Positions 9,152-19,160 of a DNA stretch of 64,000 nt are shown here, piece after piece. Below the pieces are notes generated by a model. That model did not search any database, was not told the DNA's origin, and saw nothing but the letters and a program-made list of their open reading frames with translations. Position numbers and translations under genes: made by a program. The DNA is taken from the NCBI GenBank assembly GCA_965208105.1, contig OZ242318.1:4096001-4160000 (forward strand). Reading direction: 5' to 3'. The DNA comes from Candidatus Latescibacterota bacterium. Lineage in GTDB: Bacteria; Latescibacterota; UBA2968; UBA8231. Position 1 is the first letter of the stretch; each line of letters begins with the position of its first letter.

Positions 9152-10243
9152 ATGGCCGCGAGTAAGCTGAAGGTAGTTGTGGTCGGCGCCGGGGTGGTCG
9201 GCCGCTCAATCGCCTACCACCTGACCCTGCGCGGCATCGACGTCGAAGTCGTCGATGCCGGCTGCGGCGCCTCGCATACCACCCGAGCTTCCCTCGGCGT
9301 ACTCACCCACTTCAACGGCGGAGACAGCCCGTACTCGATGCTCTACCGCGACGGCCACGGCAGCTTCGAGCAGTTGGCCTCTCGGCTTCTGGAAGAGGTC
9401 GGGGTAGACATCGGCTGGCGGCCTCTGGGAGGCATCGATCTAATCTTCTCCGACGCCGACGAGCACCGGGCGCTGGAGATTTTGCGCTTCAACCGTCAGC
9501 GCGGATGCAGGGCGGAATGGGTCGATGCGGGGGCGCTGCACCGGCTCGAACGGCACATTTCAGGAAAGGTGCGAGGGGGTATCTACTTTGCGGACGACCA
9601 TCGGGTGGATCCGGAGATGCTGGCGCAGGGACTGCTGCGGGCGGTGTTGGCACGAGGTGGGAAGGTCGCCTGTGGAGAGAGGGTTCAGAGCTTTGAGGAG
9701 ATAGCCGAGGACCGCGTGGCCCTGCGGACCTGTTCTGGTGTGCGCGTTGCCGACTTCGTGGTCCTGGCGGCGGGATCATGGACTGGCGAGCTGGGCAGGC
9801 TGCTAAACGTGGAGATTTCCCTGCGGCCGGTACTGGGCCAGCACTGCCGCTTCCGGGGAGGTGATCGCCTGAGCCACATTCTGCGCCGCGGCGGCTTCCA
9901 CCTGCTGCCTGCCGGCGAACAGATCGTCGTTGGGGCCACGGTGGAGGAGAAAGGATTCGAAGCGCAAACCACGGGCGAGGCCGCCGGAATCTTCGCGGAC
10001 CTTGTGGGGCGCACCCTGGAGTGGAGGCCAGAGCTGCTGGAGCAGCGGGCCGGACTTCGCTCAAAGCCCAGGGGGGGAAGGCCATTGATCGGACCGCTGG
10101 ATTCCTTCCCGAGAATTTTCGTTGCTGCGGGGCACTACAAGAACGGCATCCTGCTGGGACCGGTGACGGGGCAGGTGATCGGGGAGTGGATTGCGACAGG
10201 AGACCCGGGACGTGATATGAGTTGCTTCTCGGTAGAGCGCTAG
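9152..10243 (+). CDS. FAD-dependent oxidoreductase, glycine oxidase (ThiO)/D-amino acid oxidase family
   Basis: VVVGAGVVG FAD motif, LAAGSW, GATVEE.GF, AGLR and GHYKNGILL. Confidence 0.85.
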   Translation: MAASKLKVVVVGAGVVGRSIAYHLTLRGIDVEVVDAGCGASHTTRASLGVLTHFNGGDSPYSMLYRDGHGSFEQLASRLLEEVGVDIGWRPLGGIDLIFSDADEHRALEILRFNRQRGCRAEWVDAGALHRLERHISGKVRGGIYFADDHRVDPEMLAQGLLRAVLARGGKVACGERVQSFEEIAEDRVALRTCSGVRVADFVVLAAGSWTGELGRLLNVEISLRPVLGQHCRFRGGDRLSHILRRGGFHLLPAGEQIVVGATVEEKGFEAQTTGEAAGIFADLVGRTLEWRPELLEQRAGLRSKPRGGRPLIGPLDSFPRIFVAAGHYKNGILLGPVTGQVIGEWIATGDPGRDMSCFSVER

Positions 10244-10258
10244 CGTCCCGTCGCAGAG
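10240..10258 (+). repeat. Solo copy of the terminal inverted repeat of the 24-kb palindromic element
   Basis: CTAGCGTCCCGTCGCAGAG matches CTAGTGTCCCGTCGCAGAG (23996-24014) at 18/19 positions and overlaps the TAG stop of the oxidoreductase. Confidence 0.6.
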
Positions 10259-10307
10259 GCCGCGGCCCCGGGGGCGGGGAAGGGAAAGGTGGTTGAAGCA
10301 TCGGGGA

Positions 10308-10613
10308 TCATGGGTTTTCTTCTCCGAGGCGTCTCAGGTGATCCTCCCATTCCAGGGGCAGCAGGTATTTCTTGCGGTAGTTGCAATGTTCGCAGCAGGG
10401 GACCACATTGGATTTGGTGCTGCGCCCGCCCCGGGAAAGAGGGACCACGTGGTCCATCGTCAGGTCCCTCGGCGGGAACCGGTCACCGCAATAGTGGCAG
10501 ACACCGGAGGCCCGCCGGTTCTTCCACCACTGCGTCCGGCGAAGCTCCTTCGCCTTGTTCCTCTCCCGGATCAACTCTTCTTCCGAGGGCGAGGTGTAAC
10601 CCGGAGCATCCAT
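10308..10613 (-). CDS. Small stand-alone HNH endonuclease domain protein
   Basis: CHYC..DHVVPLSRGG..N..CCEHCN..K motif. Confidence 0.88.
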   Translation of the reverse strand: MDAPGYTSPSEEELIRERNKAKELRRTQWWKNRRASGVCHYCGDRFPPRDLTMDHVVPLSRGGRSTKSNVVPCCEHCNYRKKYLLPLEWEDHLRRLGEENP

Positions 10614-10665
10614 GGGGAATAATGATAGATTCTCCTTTCTCCCAGGGCAATTGGAATCTCAGATC

Positions 10666-11304
10666 ATGAAGGCCCCGATCATTCCCCTCTTCCCCCTGGA
10701 GCTGGTTGTGTTCCCAGGCCAGGTCGTGCCACTCCACATTTTCGAAGAGCGCTACAAGGCCATGGTCGCGGCATGTCGTGGCGGGGATGGCGGTGCAGGA
10801 AACTCCCCCTTCGGCATCTCCTTCCAGGGAGCGACTCTCTACCGCGTGGGGTGCAGCCTCGAGATCGGTAAAATCCTGCGGGAGTATGAAGATGGCCGCC
10901 TGGACCTCTTCGCCGTGGGCAAACGGCGCTACCGGATGCTGAAACTCTACAATGACCGGCCCTATTTCACCGGCTCGGTGGAGTTTTTCGAAGACGGGGA
11001 GGAGGCGGCCGACCAGGCTCTGGCGGAGCGGGTTGGCGAGTTGTACGGGCAGTTGCGCACCATGGGGCGAGGCCAGGGACAGGCAGACCCGGGGATGGCA
11101 GCTTCAACCAGCCATTCCTTCCAGATCGCCCAGGCGGCCAACCTGGAACTGGAGCAGCGGCAGCATCTCCTCGAGATGACCAGCGAGAACCGGCGGCTGG
11201 AGGCGGTCGAGGATTACCTCAAGCAGCGTCTTGCCCTCTTTCACGAGCAACTGGAGGAAAAGAAGCGCAGGGAAGCCAACGGGCATCCCGACCCTTTGAA
11301 TTGA
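10666..11304 (+). CDS. LON peptidase N-terminal (substrate-binding) domain protein
   Basis: IPLFPL..VFPG..PLHIFEERYKAMV, DGRLD..G..RYR and RQHLLE; no AAA or protease domain. Confidence 0.88.
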   Translation: MKAPIIPLFPLELVVFPGQVVPLHIFEERYKAMVAACRGGDGGAGNSPFGISFQGATLYRVGCSLEIGKILREYEDGRLDLFAVGKRRYRMLKLYNDRPYFTGSVEFFEDGEEAADQALAERVGELYGQLRTMGRGQGQADPGMAASTSHSFQIAQAANLELEQRQHLLEMTSENRRLEAVEDYLKQRLALFHEQLEEKKRREANGHPDPLN

Positions 11305-11388
11305 CCGGAAGTCCCGCCGCGGGGATCAGATCGGAGTCCCGGCACCGGGCTGGTGCGTGTCGTCCGTTCGCGACTGGCCGGACCGTCC

Positions 11389-12093
11389 TTACCTTTCTGG
11401 TCTCCCTGGAGCCGCATTGGTGGGATCCACGAATATGTTGTGGGCAACCTCGAGACCCAGGGACTGTTCTTCCTCGCGGGAGTCGACCTGCAGCAGTAGG
11501 GGACCCCGGAATGGAGCCTTGCTGCGGATCTCCACACAAGCACCCAGTTGCAATCCCATTTTCTCCATGTAGCGCAGCATCTCGGAGCTGTGGTCGTTGA
11601 CCTCGCGGATGACGGCCGGCTGGCCTACCTGGAGCTCGGAGAGGGACAGGTAATCGACCCGGTCCATGTTCCCCTGCTTGGTGGGAATGGGCTCCCCGTG
11701 GGCGCCGACGCGGGGATGGCCCAGGGCCTCGTCGATGCGGTCCTCGAATTCTTCGGATATGGCGTGCTCGAGGCGGTCGGCCTCCGCGTCGACTTCATCC
11801 CAGCGATAGCCCAGGGCCTCGGAGAGGTAGAGTTCGAGGAGGCGGTGGTGGCGAATGATCTCCAGGGCGATCATTTCTCCGGAGCGGGTCAGCTCGACTC
11901 CGCGGTAGGGGGCGTGTTCGAGCAGATTGAGCTCGGCCAGTTTCTTGATCATCTTCGTGGCCGATGCCGGGGCCACCTTCATATTTTCCGCGATCAGGGA
12001 GGTGGTGACTGCATTCCGGGTGCTGCGCCCGGTCTGCAATTTGTAGATGGTCTTCAGATAATCCTCCACTGCCGGACTTATCATTTTCTTCAT
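11389..12093 (-). CDS. DtxR/MntR-family metal-dependent repressor with C-terminal FeoA/SH3-like domain
   Basis: EDYLKTIY, RHHRLLELYL, EADRLEH and HGEPIP. Confidence 0.92.
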   Translation of the reverse strand: MKKMISPAVEDYLKTIYKLQTGRSTRNAVTTSLIAENMKVAPASATKMIKKLAELNLLEHAPYRGVELTRSGEMIALEIIRHHRLLELYLSEALGYRWDEVDAEADRLEHAISEEFEDRIDEALGHPRVGAHGEPIPTKQGNMDRVDYLSLSELQVGQPAVIREVNDHSSEMLRYMEKMGLQLGACVEIRSKAPFRGPLLLQVDSREEEQSLGLEVAHNIFVDPTNAAPGRPER

Positions 12094-12100
12094 TCCTGGT

Positions 12101-13531
12101 CTAGCCTGCCTCCAGCAGGCGCCATACCTGGGCCACGAGGAAGCAGAGCGAAAATCCCATGGCGACGGGCAAAAGGGCGGAAATTGCGGTCCACTTCGCG
12201 CTCTTGGTCTCTTTGTAGATGGTATAGAGGGTGGTCGAGCATGGATTGTGCACCAGGCTGAAGAGCATCAGATTGACCGCGGTGAGCAGAGTCCAGCCGC
12301 CGGCCTGAAAGACGGCGGCGGTTGCCGCTTCGGAATCGAGCTCGAACATGACTCCGGCCCCTTCCCCCACTCCCGCGAGACGAGCGCTCAGCACGGTGAG
12401 CATCAGAATGGTGGGAACGACGATCTCGTTGGCCGGAATCGCGATGATGTAGGCCAGCAGAATTACCCCGTTGAGACCGACCAATATGGCAAAGAAGCTG
12501 GTGTTCTCGATAAACTGCTCGGCCAGGCTCAGGCCGCCGATCTCGATGTTGGCGAGCAGCCAGATGACTGCCCCGGCCGGAACGGCGAAGACCACGGCGC
12601 GCCACAAAACGATGAGGGTGCGGTCTATAACCGAGGTGTAGATGGTCTGCAGGATCCGCGGCGGGCGATAGGGCGGCAGCTCCAGGCTGAAGGCAGACGC
12701 TTCTCCTTTCAGAATGGTATGGGAAAGGGCCCAGGAAACGATGAAGGAGAGGACAATGCCGAGAACTGCAACGCTCACCACCGCCGCGGCCGAGACCAGC
12801 CCGGCCAGATGGGCGGGAACCAGGCCGCCGATGAAGATGCTGGCGACGAGGATCTGGGTGGGCCAACGGCCGTTGCACAGAGCGAAATTATTGGTAATGA
12901 TGGCGATCAGGCGCTCGCGCGGGCTGTCGATTACCCTGGTTGAAACGATGGCCGCGGCGTTGCATCCGAACCCCATTGCCATGGTCAGGGACTGCTTGCC
13001 GTGGGCGCCCGCCCTTTTGTAGAGGTTGTCCAGGTTGAAGGCGACCCGCGGCAGGTAGCCGAAGTCCTCGAGCAGGGTGAAGATGGGGAAGAAGATGGCC
13101 ATGGGGGGCAACATGACGCTGACAACCCAGGCCATGGCCAGGTATATGCCGTCGATCAGAAGGCCGTCGAGCCACCAGGGCATGCCGATGGCGGCGGCCA
13201 GGCCTTTTAGGGCGGGATGGATGGTGTCCACCAACAGGTCGGCCAGCAGTCCGGAAGGCACGTTTGCGCCCTCGATGGTGACCCAGAATACCGCGGTCAG
13301 GAGAAACAGCATGAAGGGAAATCCCAGCCAGCGGCTGGTCACCAGGCGGTCGATGCTGCGGTCAAGGTCGAAGCGCGGCCTGGTGCCGCTGCGCGAGACG
13401 GCGCGGTCGGCAATCCGGGCAGCGTCGGTGTAGATGGCCTCCATCAGGGAGTCGTGCAGGTTGGCGCCGGTTTCCCAGCGCATGGCGTCGGTGGCGGCGA
13501 GGACCTGTTCGGGAGTGGATTGAGAATTCAC
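12101..13531 (-). CDS. feoB: FeoB membrane (gate/C-terminal) half of a split ferrous iron transporter
   Basis: GTG start at 13531 overlaps the upstream TGA (GTGA) and has an RBS. Motifs [32 protein letters not shown] and PCSTT. Confidence 0.9.
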   Translation of the reverse strand: MNSQSTPEQVLAATDAMRWETGANLHDSLMEAIYTDAARIADRAVSRSGTRPRFDLDRSIDRLVTSRWLGFPFMLFLLTAVFWVTIEGANVPSGLLADLLVDTIHPALKGLAAAIGMPWWLDGLLIDGIYLAMAWVVSVMLPPMAIFFPIFTLLEDFGYLPRVAFNLDNLYKRAGAHGKQSLTMAMGFGCNAAAIVSTRVIDSPRERLIAIITNNFALCNGRWPTQILVASIFIGGLVPAHLAGLVSAAAVVSVAVLGIVLSFIVSWALSHTILKGEASAFSLELPPYRPPRILQTIYTSVIDRTLIVLWRAVVFAVPAGAVIWLLANIEIGGLSLAEQFIENTSFFAILVGLNGVILLAYIIAIPANEIVVPTILMLTVLSARLAGVGEGAGVMFELDSEAATAAVFQAGGWTLLTAVNLMLFSLVHNPCSTTLYTIYKETKSAKWTAISALLPVAMGFSLCFLVAQVWRLLEAG

Positions 13532-14361
13532 GATGGTGTCTCCAGAGCCGGGGGAGGCTGTATGGCGTCCACGGAAAAGCTGTTCTGACTCAGGGTGCCC
13601 AGCTCTCCAGAGCGCACCGCCTCGGCGATGCGCCGGTCGCCCTCGAGCAGGCGCAGCGCGACCCAGCGGGCGTTGGGAAGATCCGGGAAGGCCGATTCGA
13701 CCCGGGAGGTAAGCTGATCGATTGCCCGCTTGAGCGCGGGCGGCTCGCTTTGGAGCCGGTGGGGCATGCACTTCACCTGGCCGCCGGCCACCTGGCTGAT
13801 GGTCAGGATAAGCTGGGATATGCCCTCGCCGCGGCGAGCCGCTGCCGGGACCACCGGAACACCCAGATCGCGGGCGAGCCGGCGTTCGTCCACTTTCAAC
13901 CCGTGCCGTCTGGCTTCGTCGATGAGGTTGAGACACACCACCACCCTGTCGGTAATCTGCAGCACCTGCAGCACCAGGTTGAGGTTGCGTTCGAGCCGGG
14001 TGCTGTCGACGACGATTGCGGTGACGTCGGGCCGCCCGAAGAGAAGAAAGTCGCGCGCGACCTCTTCATCGCTGCTGGTGGACAGCAGGGAATAGGTGCC
14101 GGGGAGATCGACCAGCTTGTAGCGCATCCCCTGGTAGGCAAACCCACCTTCGGCGCGCACCACCGTCTTGCCGGGCCAGTTGCCGGTGTGCTGCCGGAGG
14201 CCGGTGAGGCTGTTGAACACCGTGCTCTTGCCGGTGTTGGGGTTTCCCGCAAGGGCGACTACATAGTCCCACTTGCTCATGTTGATGCCCAGCTTGATCA
14301 GGTTTCCGGCGTGGTGCGCCGGGCAGGCTTCACAAGCCAGGGGTGTTGCGCCAGCGGACAT
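13528..14361 (-). CDS. feoB: FeoB N-terminal GTPase half (split FeoB)
   Basis: G1 GNPNTGKS, G2 NWPGKT, G3 DLPG and G4 NLID; N-terminal CEACPAHH. Confidence 0.92.
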   Translation of the reverse strand: MSAGATPLACEACPAHHAGNLIKLGINMSKWDYVVALAGNPNTGKSTVFNSLTGLRQHTGNWPGKTVVRAEGGFAYQGMRYKLVDLPGTYSLLSTSSDEEVARDFLLFGRPDVTAIVVDSTRLERNLNLVLQVLQITDRVVVCLNLIDEARRHGLKVDERRLARDLGVPVVPAAARRGEGISQLILTISQVAGGQVKCMPHRLQSEPPALKRAIDQLTSRVESAFPDLPNARWVALRLLEGDRRIAEAVRSGELGTLSQNSFSVDAIQPPPALETPS

Positions 14362-14365
14362 GGTA

Positions 14366-15391
14366 CTAGACCTCCATCTGTTCGGATATATGGATCTGGC
14401 TCGCCTGCTCCCTGCGCAGGGCGATGGTGGCGCCGCGGATGCGATAGGCGGTGGGGTCCCCGCTCGGACTTTTCATCTCCACCTCGATCACGGTACCGGG
14501 AATGATGCCCAGATCCATCAAGCGGCGGCGCTCGAGTCCGCGACAGGCCGGAGAAATGTTCACTACCTTGCCTTTTTGCCTTGAGCCGAGAGACGACAGG
14601 GGTTGGAGGGGGCCTTCAATCCTCTCCTCCCTGGGCAACGGGGCGACGAAGAGATTGGCCGCCGCGACCGGAATCAGGACGCATTCCTGGCCGTCTGCCA
14701 GGAAGCGGACCTCCTCGGGGGTAGTGCCAACCAACTCCACCTGCATCCCTGGGTGCAGCCCAGCGGCGATGACCTGCAGATAGACTTCCTCGGGCTCGTC
14801 CTCCACATGGATTATCCGGGCCAGTTCTCCGGGCTCCAGGGCAGTGAGGGGCCGGCCCCTGCGCGGAGGGATATCTCCTGCGGCGGTGGGAATGGGGTCG
14901 CCATGGGGATCGTAGACGGGATGGCCCATGCGGTCGTCGAGAGTGTCAGCCTCGGCGGGAGACAGGTCGTGCTCGCGGCTTTCCGCCTCGCTGTGCCAGG
15001 CGGATGCGGAGAGGCCGGTTTCCTCCGCCAGATAGTGTTCCCACAGGCGATGAGCGCGAATTATGTGAAGTGCATAGGCACGGCCCTGGCCGGTGAGCCC
15101 CAGGGTTCCCCCTTTCGACTGCACCAGCTGCAAAACCTCCAGGTGGGCGAGCAACCGTGCGGTGCGGTTGCCGCTGAGCTCCAGTGAGCCCGAAAGACTC
15201 TCGACCGTCGGTGTCTGCCGGCGGTACTCGCATTCGTACAGGTGCTTGAGGGCATCTTCCGTCAGGATGCGCTCGGTGATTCGACGCAGCTGTCGCCAGC
15301 GGCGGAGATAGCCGTGCCGGGGCCAGAACAACATCCCCGCGGCGAGCAGGACCAGACCGGCGGCCAGTAGAGCGTGAAGAGGATCGACCAT
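14366..15391 (-). CDS. DtxR-family regulator with N-terminal hydrophobic helix and two C-terminal FeoA domains
   Basis: [34 protein letters not shown]; C-terminal [32 protein letters not shown] FeoA motif. Confidence 0.88.
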   Translation of the reverse strand: MVDPLHALLAAGLVLLAAGMLFWPRHGYLRRWRQLRRITERILTEDALKHLYECEYRRQTPTVESLSGSLELSGNRTARLLAHLEVLQLVQSKGGTLGLTGQGRAYALHIIRAHRLWEHYLAEETGLSASAWHSEAESREHDLSPAEADTLDDRMGHPVYDPHGDPIPTAAGDIPPRRGRPLTALEPGELARIIHVEDEPEEVYLQVIAAGLHPGMQVELVGTTPEEVRFLADGQECVLIPVAAANLFVAPLPREERIEGPLQPLSSLGSRQKGKVVNISPACRGLERRRLMDLGIIPGTVIEVEMKSPSGDPTAYRIRGATIALRREQASQIHISEQMEV

Positions 15392-15455
15392 GGGATTTGC
15401 CCCCGGAAGGCTGACCTTCAGGGCAGGGGACTTGTTTTCCAGATTAAAATTTTCA

Positions 15456-15473
15456 TTTTAGAGCCGGCTAAAA
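15456..15473. promoter_or_regulatory. Putative DtxR/MntR operator
   Basis: Inverted repeat TTTTAG-N6-CTAAAA in an AT-rich patch, abutting the -10 of the feo promoter. Confidence 0.65.
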
Positions 15474-15500
15474 ATATATTTATCGCCATTTCATTGTCAA
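15473..15500 (-). promoter_or_regulatory. Putative sigma70 promoter of the dtxR-feo operon
   Basis: On the minus strand: TTGACA (15500-15495), 16-nt spacer, TATATT (15478-15473). Confidence 0.6.
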
Positions 15501-15799
15501 GGGTATTTCAGCCCATCAGGCCCGAATCCTTGACCCGAATCCTTGATATTTGACCATCCCAGGCGTATCATCACCTGCGGGGAGGACATTCGAAGCCAGG
15601 ACCACGGTCCAGCCGGCATGTCCGTTGCCGGCGGAGTCCGACTGCCGGGTAGGGTAGCAAGGCCCTGTTTATGGTGGAGTTTGGTCCCGGAACCGGCTGC
15701 CGCCGGGGGAATGGCCGAGCCGGCCGGGAAACGGGAAGGAGAAGGCCGATTCGCCCCCTGCATGCGTGATTTGGGGAGATTTCTCGGTCGAGAATCGCA

Positions 15800-16828
15800 A
15801 TGACAGACAAGCTCAGAGCCCTTTTGGTGGGGTGCGGGAACATGAGCAGGGTGTGGTTCAGGGCAATCCAGGAGATTGAGGACCTGGAAATGGTGGGGCT
15901 GGTGGACCTGGTAGAGGAGAACGCTGCAAGGCGGGCCGCCGAGTACCGGCTTCGGGACGCAATGGTCGGCGTCGACCTCGAAACCGTCCTGGAGAGTACC
16001 CGGCCGGATGTGGTCTTCGACTGCACCGTGCCGGAGGCGCACGCGCAGGTGGTGCTGGAAGCCCTGGAGCACGGCTGCCACGTGCTCGGGGAAAAACCCC
16101 TGGCCGATACCATGGAGAAGGCACGCATGGTGGTGGAGGCCTCCGAGAGAGTTGGAAGGATTCACGCCGTGATCCAGAACAGGCGCTACGACCCCAATAT
16201 TCGCCGCCTGCGCCGCCTTCTCGAGGCCGGGGAGATAGGCCCGATCACCACGGTGAACAGTGACTTTTACATCGGCGCCCACTTCGGCGGCTTTCGCGAC
16301 CACATGGAGCACGTGCTCCTGCTGGATATGGCGATCCACACCTTCGACGCGGCGCGGTTGCTCACCGCCGCCGACCCGCTGTCGGTTTACTGCCGCGAGT
16401 GGAACCCCGCCGGTTCCTGGTACGACCGCGATGCCTCGGCGGTGGCAGTCTTCGAGATGACCGGAGGCATCGTCTACACCTATCGAGGCAGTTGGTGCGC
16501 CGAAGGACTGCCGACGAGCTGGGAAAGCGAATGGCGCATCCTCGGGGCCGGGGGAACGGCGCGCTGGGACGGAGGGGATGGAATTGCCGCCGAGACAGTG
16601 GCGGACGGCGGCGATTTCCACTCCAGAATGCGGGAGGCGGAGGTTCCTTCACTGCATGCCGCCGACCGCGTCGGTGCCCACGCAGGCCTCATCCGCGAGT
16701 TCGTCGAGTGCGTGCGGCAGGGAGAGACGCCGGAGACGGCGGGCAGCGACAACATTAAGAGCCTGGCGATGGTCTTCGGTGCGATCGAGAGCGCGGAGAG
16801 GGGAAAGCCGGTGGACATCAGGTGGTGA
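15800..16828 (+). CDS. Gfo/Idh/MocA family oxidoreductase
   Basis: VGCGNM, HVLGEKPLA, QNRRY and DMAIHTFD. Confidence 0.92.
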   Translation: MTDKLRALLVGCGNMSRVWFRAIQEIEDLEMVGLVDLVEENAARRAAEYRLRDAMVGVDLETVLESTRPDVVFDCTVPEAHAQVVLEALEHGCHVLGEKPLADTMEKARMVVEASERVGRIHAVIQNRRYDPNIRRLRRLLEAGEIGPITTVNSDFYIGAHFGGFRDHMEHVLLLDMAIHTFDAARLLTAADPLSVYCREWNPAGSWYDRDASAVAVFEMTGGIVYTYRGSWCAEGLPTSWESEWRILGAGGTARWDGGDGIAAETVADGGDFHSRMREAEVPSLHAADRVGAHAGLIREFVECVRQGETPETAGSDNIKSLAMVFGAIESAERGKPVDIRW

Positions 16829-16980
16829 GAGGTCGATGAGGGGCGGTGGAGAGAGATCGTGGGGGGTCCAGGTCCCGGAGTTGCCCTGAGACCAGGCTGC
16901 CGCAGGTTTCCGGTTTGGGCCGGACCGTCGGCATTGCCGGATTTGCCTCTCGAAGGAAATTTTCCAGGGATTGCGAACTC

Positions 16981-18042
16981 ATGGTCAAGCGCTTCTCCAC
17001 GGAATATCTCGAAGATCTGATCAGCGCCGTCTTTCAGGGGCACGGATCACCGCCTTCCGAAGCGGCCCTGGTAGCCCGACTGCTGGTCCAGGCCGAGGCA
17101 ATGGGCCTGCCCTCACACGGTCTGTTGCGGGTTCCCCAGTATGTGGGCGACATCGGCCGAGGCCTCATTGTTCCCGGCGCCCCGGCGAAGGTCTCCCGTC
17201 CCTGTCCCACCGCGGTGCAGGTGGACGGGCAGTGGAACTTCGGCCAGGTAGGAGCGACGCGGGCGGTGGAGGGGGCGATAGAGCGGGCCGTGGAGTTGGG
17301 TGTGGGGTGCGCCAGCCTGCGGCGCTGCCGCCACGTGGGGAGGCTGGGGGCCTATACGGAAATGGCCGCGGAGAGGGACTGCCTGGCCCTGGCGACCTGC
17401 AGCACCTCCGGGGAAGGCCACTGGGTGGCTCCGTTCGGAGGTCGGGAGGGGCGTTTGGGCACCAACCCCCTCTCCTTTGCGGCGCCCTCGGGCGGACCTC
17501 CGCTGGTGCTCGATTGCTCCACTTCGGCCCTGCCGGAGGGCAAAGTGCGTTTCTTCCGCGATACGGGACAGGCCTTGCCTCCCGACTCCCTGGTGGACCG
17601 CAACGGAATGGCCAGCACGGACCCGGGAGATCTGTACGGAGCGGATGGCACACCGGCCGGGGCTATCGTGGCCTTCGGAGGACCCCAGGGCTACAAGGGC
17701 TTCGGCCTGAGCTGCATGGCGCAGATCCTCAGCAGCCTGGTGGGGGAGCCCACCTGGCGCGAGGAGGGCGGCGAGTCGTGTGCCAACACCATGTGGATTT
17801 TGGTGGTCCATCTCGGCGCCTGGATGGCCGCGGATAGATTCAGGGAGGAAGTGAACGACATGCTGGCCTATATCCGCTCCTCCGCCCCGGCAGCCGGCAG
17901 TCGGGGAGTGTCGCTGCCAGGTCAGCGGGAATTCGAATCGGAGGCGCGAAGCCGCGAAGAGGGCGTTGCAGTCACGGAAGAGATATGGAGCCAGATCGGG
18001 GCAATGGCCCGGCAGCTGGGCATCGCGGAGGAGGCGGGGTGA
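16981..18042 (+). CDS. Ldh_2 family (type 2 malate/L-lactate/L-sulfolactate) oxidoreductase
   Basis: SHGLLR, HVGRLG.Y, GTNPLSF, GYKGFGL and LPG.RE. Confidence 0.9.
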   Translation: MVKRFSTEYLEDLISAVFQGHGSPPSEAALVARLLVQAEAMGLPSHGLLRVPQYVGDIGRGLIVPGAPAKVSRPCPTAVQVDGQWNFGQVGATRAVEGAIERAVELGVGCASLRRCRHVGRLGAYTEMAAERDCLALATCSTSGEGHWVAPFGGREGRLGTNPLSFAAPSGGPPLVLDCSTSALPEGKVRFFRDTGQALPPDSLVDRNGMASTDPGDLYGADGTPAGAIVAFGGPQGYKGFGLSCMAQILSSLVGEPTWREEGGESCANTMWILVVHLGAWMAADRFREEVNDMLAYIRSSAPAAGSRGVSLPGQREFESEARSREEGVAVTEEIWSQIGAMARQLGIAEEAG

Positions 18043-18043
18043 A

Positions 18044-19000
18044 ATGAGCCGCGATACGGTGATGATCGTCGACGCGCACACCCACGTCTTTCCCCGGGTG
18101 GATGGCCGGGTGGTCGGGGGGGCGACGCGCGGATCGGGCTATGGCCGGATTGTGGTGGGCTCGGAAACGCAGCAGTTGTTGCCCCCATACAACCCCGAGA
18201 CGGTCTTCACCCCTGAGATGCTGGTGGCCAATATGGATTGGGCGGGTGTGAATGCGGCGGTGTTGCTCCAGGGGTCATTCTATGGCTCCTGCAACGACTA
18301 CGTCATCGGGGCCCTGGAAAGGTATCCCGACCGCCTGCGGGGATTGGCTTACTTCGATCCCTGGGCATCCGGGGGAGAGGAGCGCTTTGCCATGGTAGCG
18401 GAGCGCCCCGGTTTCTGCGGCCTCAAGCTCGAGTGCTCGGAAGCTACCGGGTTTTGCGGAATCTATCCACACGCCCGCCTCGACGCCGCCGAACTGGAGT
18501 GGCTGTGGCGGGACCTTGAGGAGCGCAAGTGGGTTCTGACCCTCGACCTGGGGGCAGTGGGGTCGCGTTCCTACCAGACTTGGGCGGTGCGCCACATTGC
18601 GGAGACGCACCCCGGCCTCAAGATAGTGGTCGCCCATCTGGGCCAGCCCCGTCCGGAGGCCGAGGCCGAGCCGTCGCTGTGGCGCTTGTGGATGGAGCAG
18701 ATCGAGCTGGGACGGCTGGCCAACGTGTGGTTCGACAGCTCTTCCCTGCCGGCCTACGCGCCGGGCGAGACCTATCCCTTTCCCCGTGCCGGCCGCTATC
18801 TGCGCCTGGCGCTGGAGCGCATCGGTCCGGCGCGCATCATGTGGGGCACTGACCAGCCTGGGCTGCTGAGCCGGGCAAGCTATCCGCAACTGGTGGAGCT
18901 GGCCTGGCGCCACACCGATTTCCTCACCCGGCGCGAGCAGGCCATGATTCTGGGCGGAAATGCGATCCAGGTGTACGGGGAGCCCCACCGCCCCGGCTGA
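18044..19000 (+). CDS. Amidohydrolase family 2 protein (lactonase/decarboxylase-like)
   Basis: IVDAHTH, VVAHLG, MWGTD.P and ILGGNA. Confidence 0.88.
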   Translation: MSRDTVMIVDAHTHVFPRVDGRVVGGATRGSGYGRIVVGSETQQLLPPYNPETVFTPEMLVANMDWAGVNAAVLLQGSFYGSCNDYVIGALERYPDRLRGLAYFDPWASGGEERFAMVAERPGFCGLKLECSEATGFCGIYPHARLDAAELEWLWRDLEERKWVLTLDLGAVGSRSYQTWAVRHIAETHPGLKIVVAHLGQPRPEAEAEPSLWRLWMEQIELGRLANVWFDSSSLPAYAPGETYPFPRAGRYLRLALERIGPARIMWGTDQPGLLSRASYPQLVELAWRHTDFLTRREQAMILGGNAIQVYGEPHRPG

Positions 19001-19160
19001 AGTCTCGACCGGTGGCAGGCCGATGAGTTCATACTACCCTGCATTCCCGCCAGCGGTCCCGGGCAATTCCTCGATTTTCCAACAGTCGGGCGCGATTCCC
19101 TGCCCGTCAGGCCGGGCGCTTCCGCGCCATCGAGTGATCAGATACCCCTCGGCGGGGACG

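Noticed and set aside
10308-10613. HNH gene as a defence or homing system
   Set aside because: Small stand-alone HNH with no methylase, intron, cas or phage context.
15500-15800. Riboswitch or ncRNA in the 300-nt intergenic region
   Set aside because: No recognisable aptamer consensus; only generic GC-rich pairing.
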